Source: an uncultured Muribaculaceae bacterium (GTDB lineage: Bacteria > Bacillota_I > Bacilli_A > RF39 > UBA660). Taken from it: a DNA stretch of 64,000 nucleotides. This document shows, one piece after another, positions 63,045 to 64,000 of this stretch. The DNA lies in assembly GCA_964600615.1 (NCBI GenBank), contig CAZRJK010000008.1, positions 32 through 64,031 of the forward strand, written 5' to 3'. The translations under genes were made by a program, and so were the position numbers. The notes beneath the pieces are model-generated. The model saw only the letters and a list, made by a program, of their open reading frames with translations. It was not told the origin of the DNA and made no database searches. The first letter of the stretch is position 1. Each line of letters begins with the position of its first letter.

Positions 63045-63410
63045 ATGGCACGTATAAAAGGTGTTGATATACCTGATAATAAAAGAATTGAGATTTCTTT
63101 AACTTATATTCATGGTGTTGGTAGAAGTTTATCTAATACTATTTTAAAGAATGCTAAGGTTGATATAAATAAGAAAACTAAAGATTTGACTGAAGATGAG
63201 CTTGCTAATATTAGAGCAGAATTAGATAAGCATACAGTTGAAGGTGATTTAAGAAGAGAAGTTGCTCTATCTATTAAAACTTTAAAAGAAATTGGCTGCT
63301 ATAGAGGTAAGAGACATATAAAAGGTTTACCAGTTAGAGGTCAAAGAACTAATAGAAATGCTAGAACTCGTAAGGGTAAAGGTAAGACTATTGCTAATAA
63401 GAAAAAATAA
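63045..63410 (+). CDS. rpsM: 30S ribosomal protein S13
   Basis: [14 protein letters not shown]... Confidence 0.98.
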   Translation: MARIKGVDIPDNKRIEISLTYIHGVGRSLSNTILKNAKVDINKKTKDLTEDELANIRAELDKHTVEGDLRREVALSIKTLKEIGCYRGKRHIKGLPVRGQRTNRNARTRKGKGKTIANKKK

Positions 63411-63435
63411 TAAGTAACTAAGGAGGTTAACTTGT

Positions 63436-63828
63436 ATGGCTAATGGAAAGTATAATGCAAGAAAACGTAAAGTAAAAAAGAATGTACCTAATGGTGTAGT
63501 ACATATTAAATCTACTTTTAATAATACTGTTGTTACAGTTACTGATACTGAAGGTAATACATTATGTTGGGCTTCTTCTGGTACTCAAGGTATAAAGGGT
63601 AGTAAGAAGTCTACACCATTTGCTGCTAGTAAAAGTGCTGAACTTGCTGGTGCTAAGGCAGTTGAAATGGGAATGAAGAAAGTTGAAGTTGAGGTAAAAG
63701 GATTGGGTGCTGGTCGTGAATCTGCGATCAGAGCATTACAAGCTACAGGATTAGAAGTAACAAAAATAACTGATAATACACCAATCCCACATAACGGATG
63801 TCGTCCACCAAAGAAACGTCGTGGATAA
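63436..63828 (+). CDS. rpsK: 30S ribosomal protein S11
   Basis: [18 protein letters not shown]... Confidence 0.98.
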   Translation: MANGKYNARKRKVKKNVPNGVVHIKSTFNNTVVTVTDTEGNTLCWASSGTQGIKGSKKSTPFAASKSAELAGAKAVEMGMKKVEVEVKGLGAGRESAIRALQATGLEVTKITDNTPIPHNGCRPPKKRRG

Positions 63829-63850
63829 AAAAAGGAAAGGGAGTGTTAAG

Positions 63851-64000
63851 ATGTTAAAATTTGAAAAACCTAATTATAAAGTAAAAGAATATATTGAAAG
63901 CGATAATTATGGTAAATTTGAGATTGAACCCTTAGAGAGAGGTTTTGGTACTACTTTAGGGAATGCTTTAAGAAGAACTATGTTATCTTCTTTACCAGGG
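63851..64000 (+). CDS. rpoA: DNA-directed RNA polymerase alpha subunit (3' end outside window)
   Basis: [11 protein letters not shown]...[25 protein letters not shown]. Confidence 0.95.
   Translation, partial: MLKFEKPNYKVKEYIESDNYGKFEIEPLERGFGTTLGNALRRTMLSSLPG

Overview
This is a very AT-rich, low-GC Bacillota (Firmicutes) chromosome segment. The organism is probably a spore-former: the window holds cse60, a spoVID-like gene followed by a ysxE/CotS-like gene, and mreCD. All calls come from reading the ORF translations and the DNA by eye, so no similarity search supports them.

Most of the window is housekeeping:
- rpsB (5'-truncated) and tsf
- a ybeY-dgkA-cdd-era-yqzL-recO block
- mreCD, cmk, alaS, fhs, hemW, gltX, a COG0523 GTPase and tRNA-Arg(CCU)
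- tadA, zupT and a DD-carboxypeptidase
- a T-box(Phe)-controlled pheST operon
- an almost complete S10-spc-alpha ribosomal superoperon, rpsJ to the start of rpoA (51.2-64 kb)

Several items stand out against this background:
1. A sharply bounded ~260-bp island of about 60% G+C (2686-2945). It recodes the last 42 codons of a TasA/SipW-type surface-protein gene and continues into a structured non-coding tail. The gene has a poly(T)18 tract in its promoter, and an Rpn-family nuclease gene and an addA without addB lie just downstream.
2. A gene encoding zinc ribbon + TM helix + EF-Tu domains II/III with no GTPase domain (33165-34142).
3. A recurrent, unrecognised N-terminal two-TM module on three proteins (24195, 35474, 36657), fused to C39-like or Cys-rich C-terminal domains. 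Each locus is followed by a membrane-anchored or lipoprotein partner, and two of the genes are tandem paralogs sharing a near-identical internal block.
4. A 166-aa unknown ORF wedged between rpsZ (S14) and rpsH inside the spc operon.
5. A signal-less lysozyme-like + C39-like 798-aa protein, with an overlapping acidic mini-ORF, next to the spoVID/ysxE pair.

No CRISPR array, rRNA gene, IS element with terminal repeats or prophage was seen.
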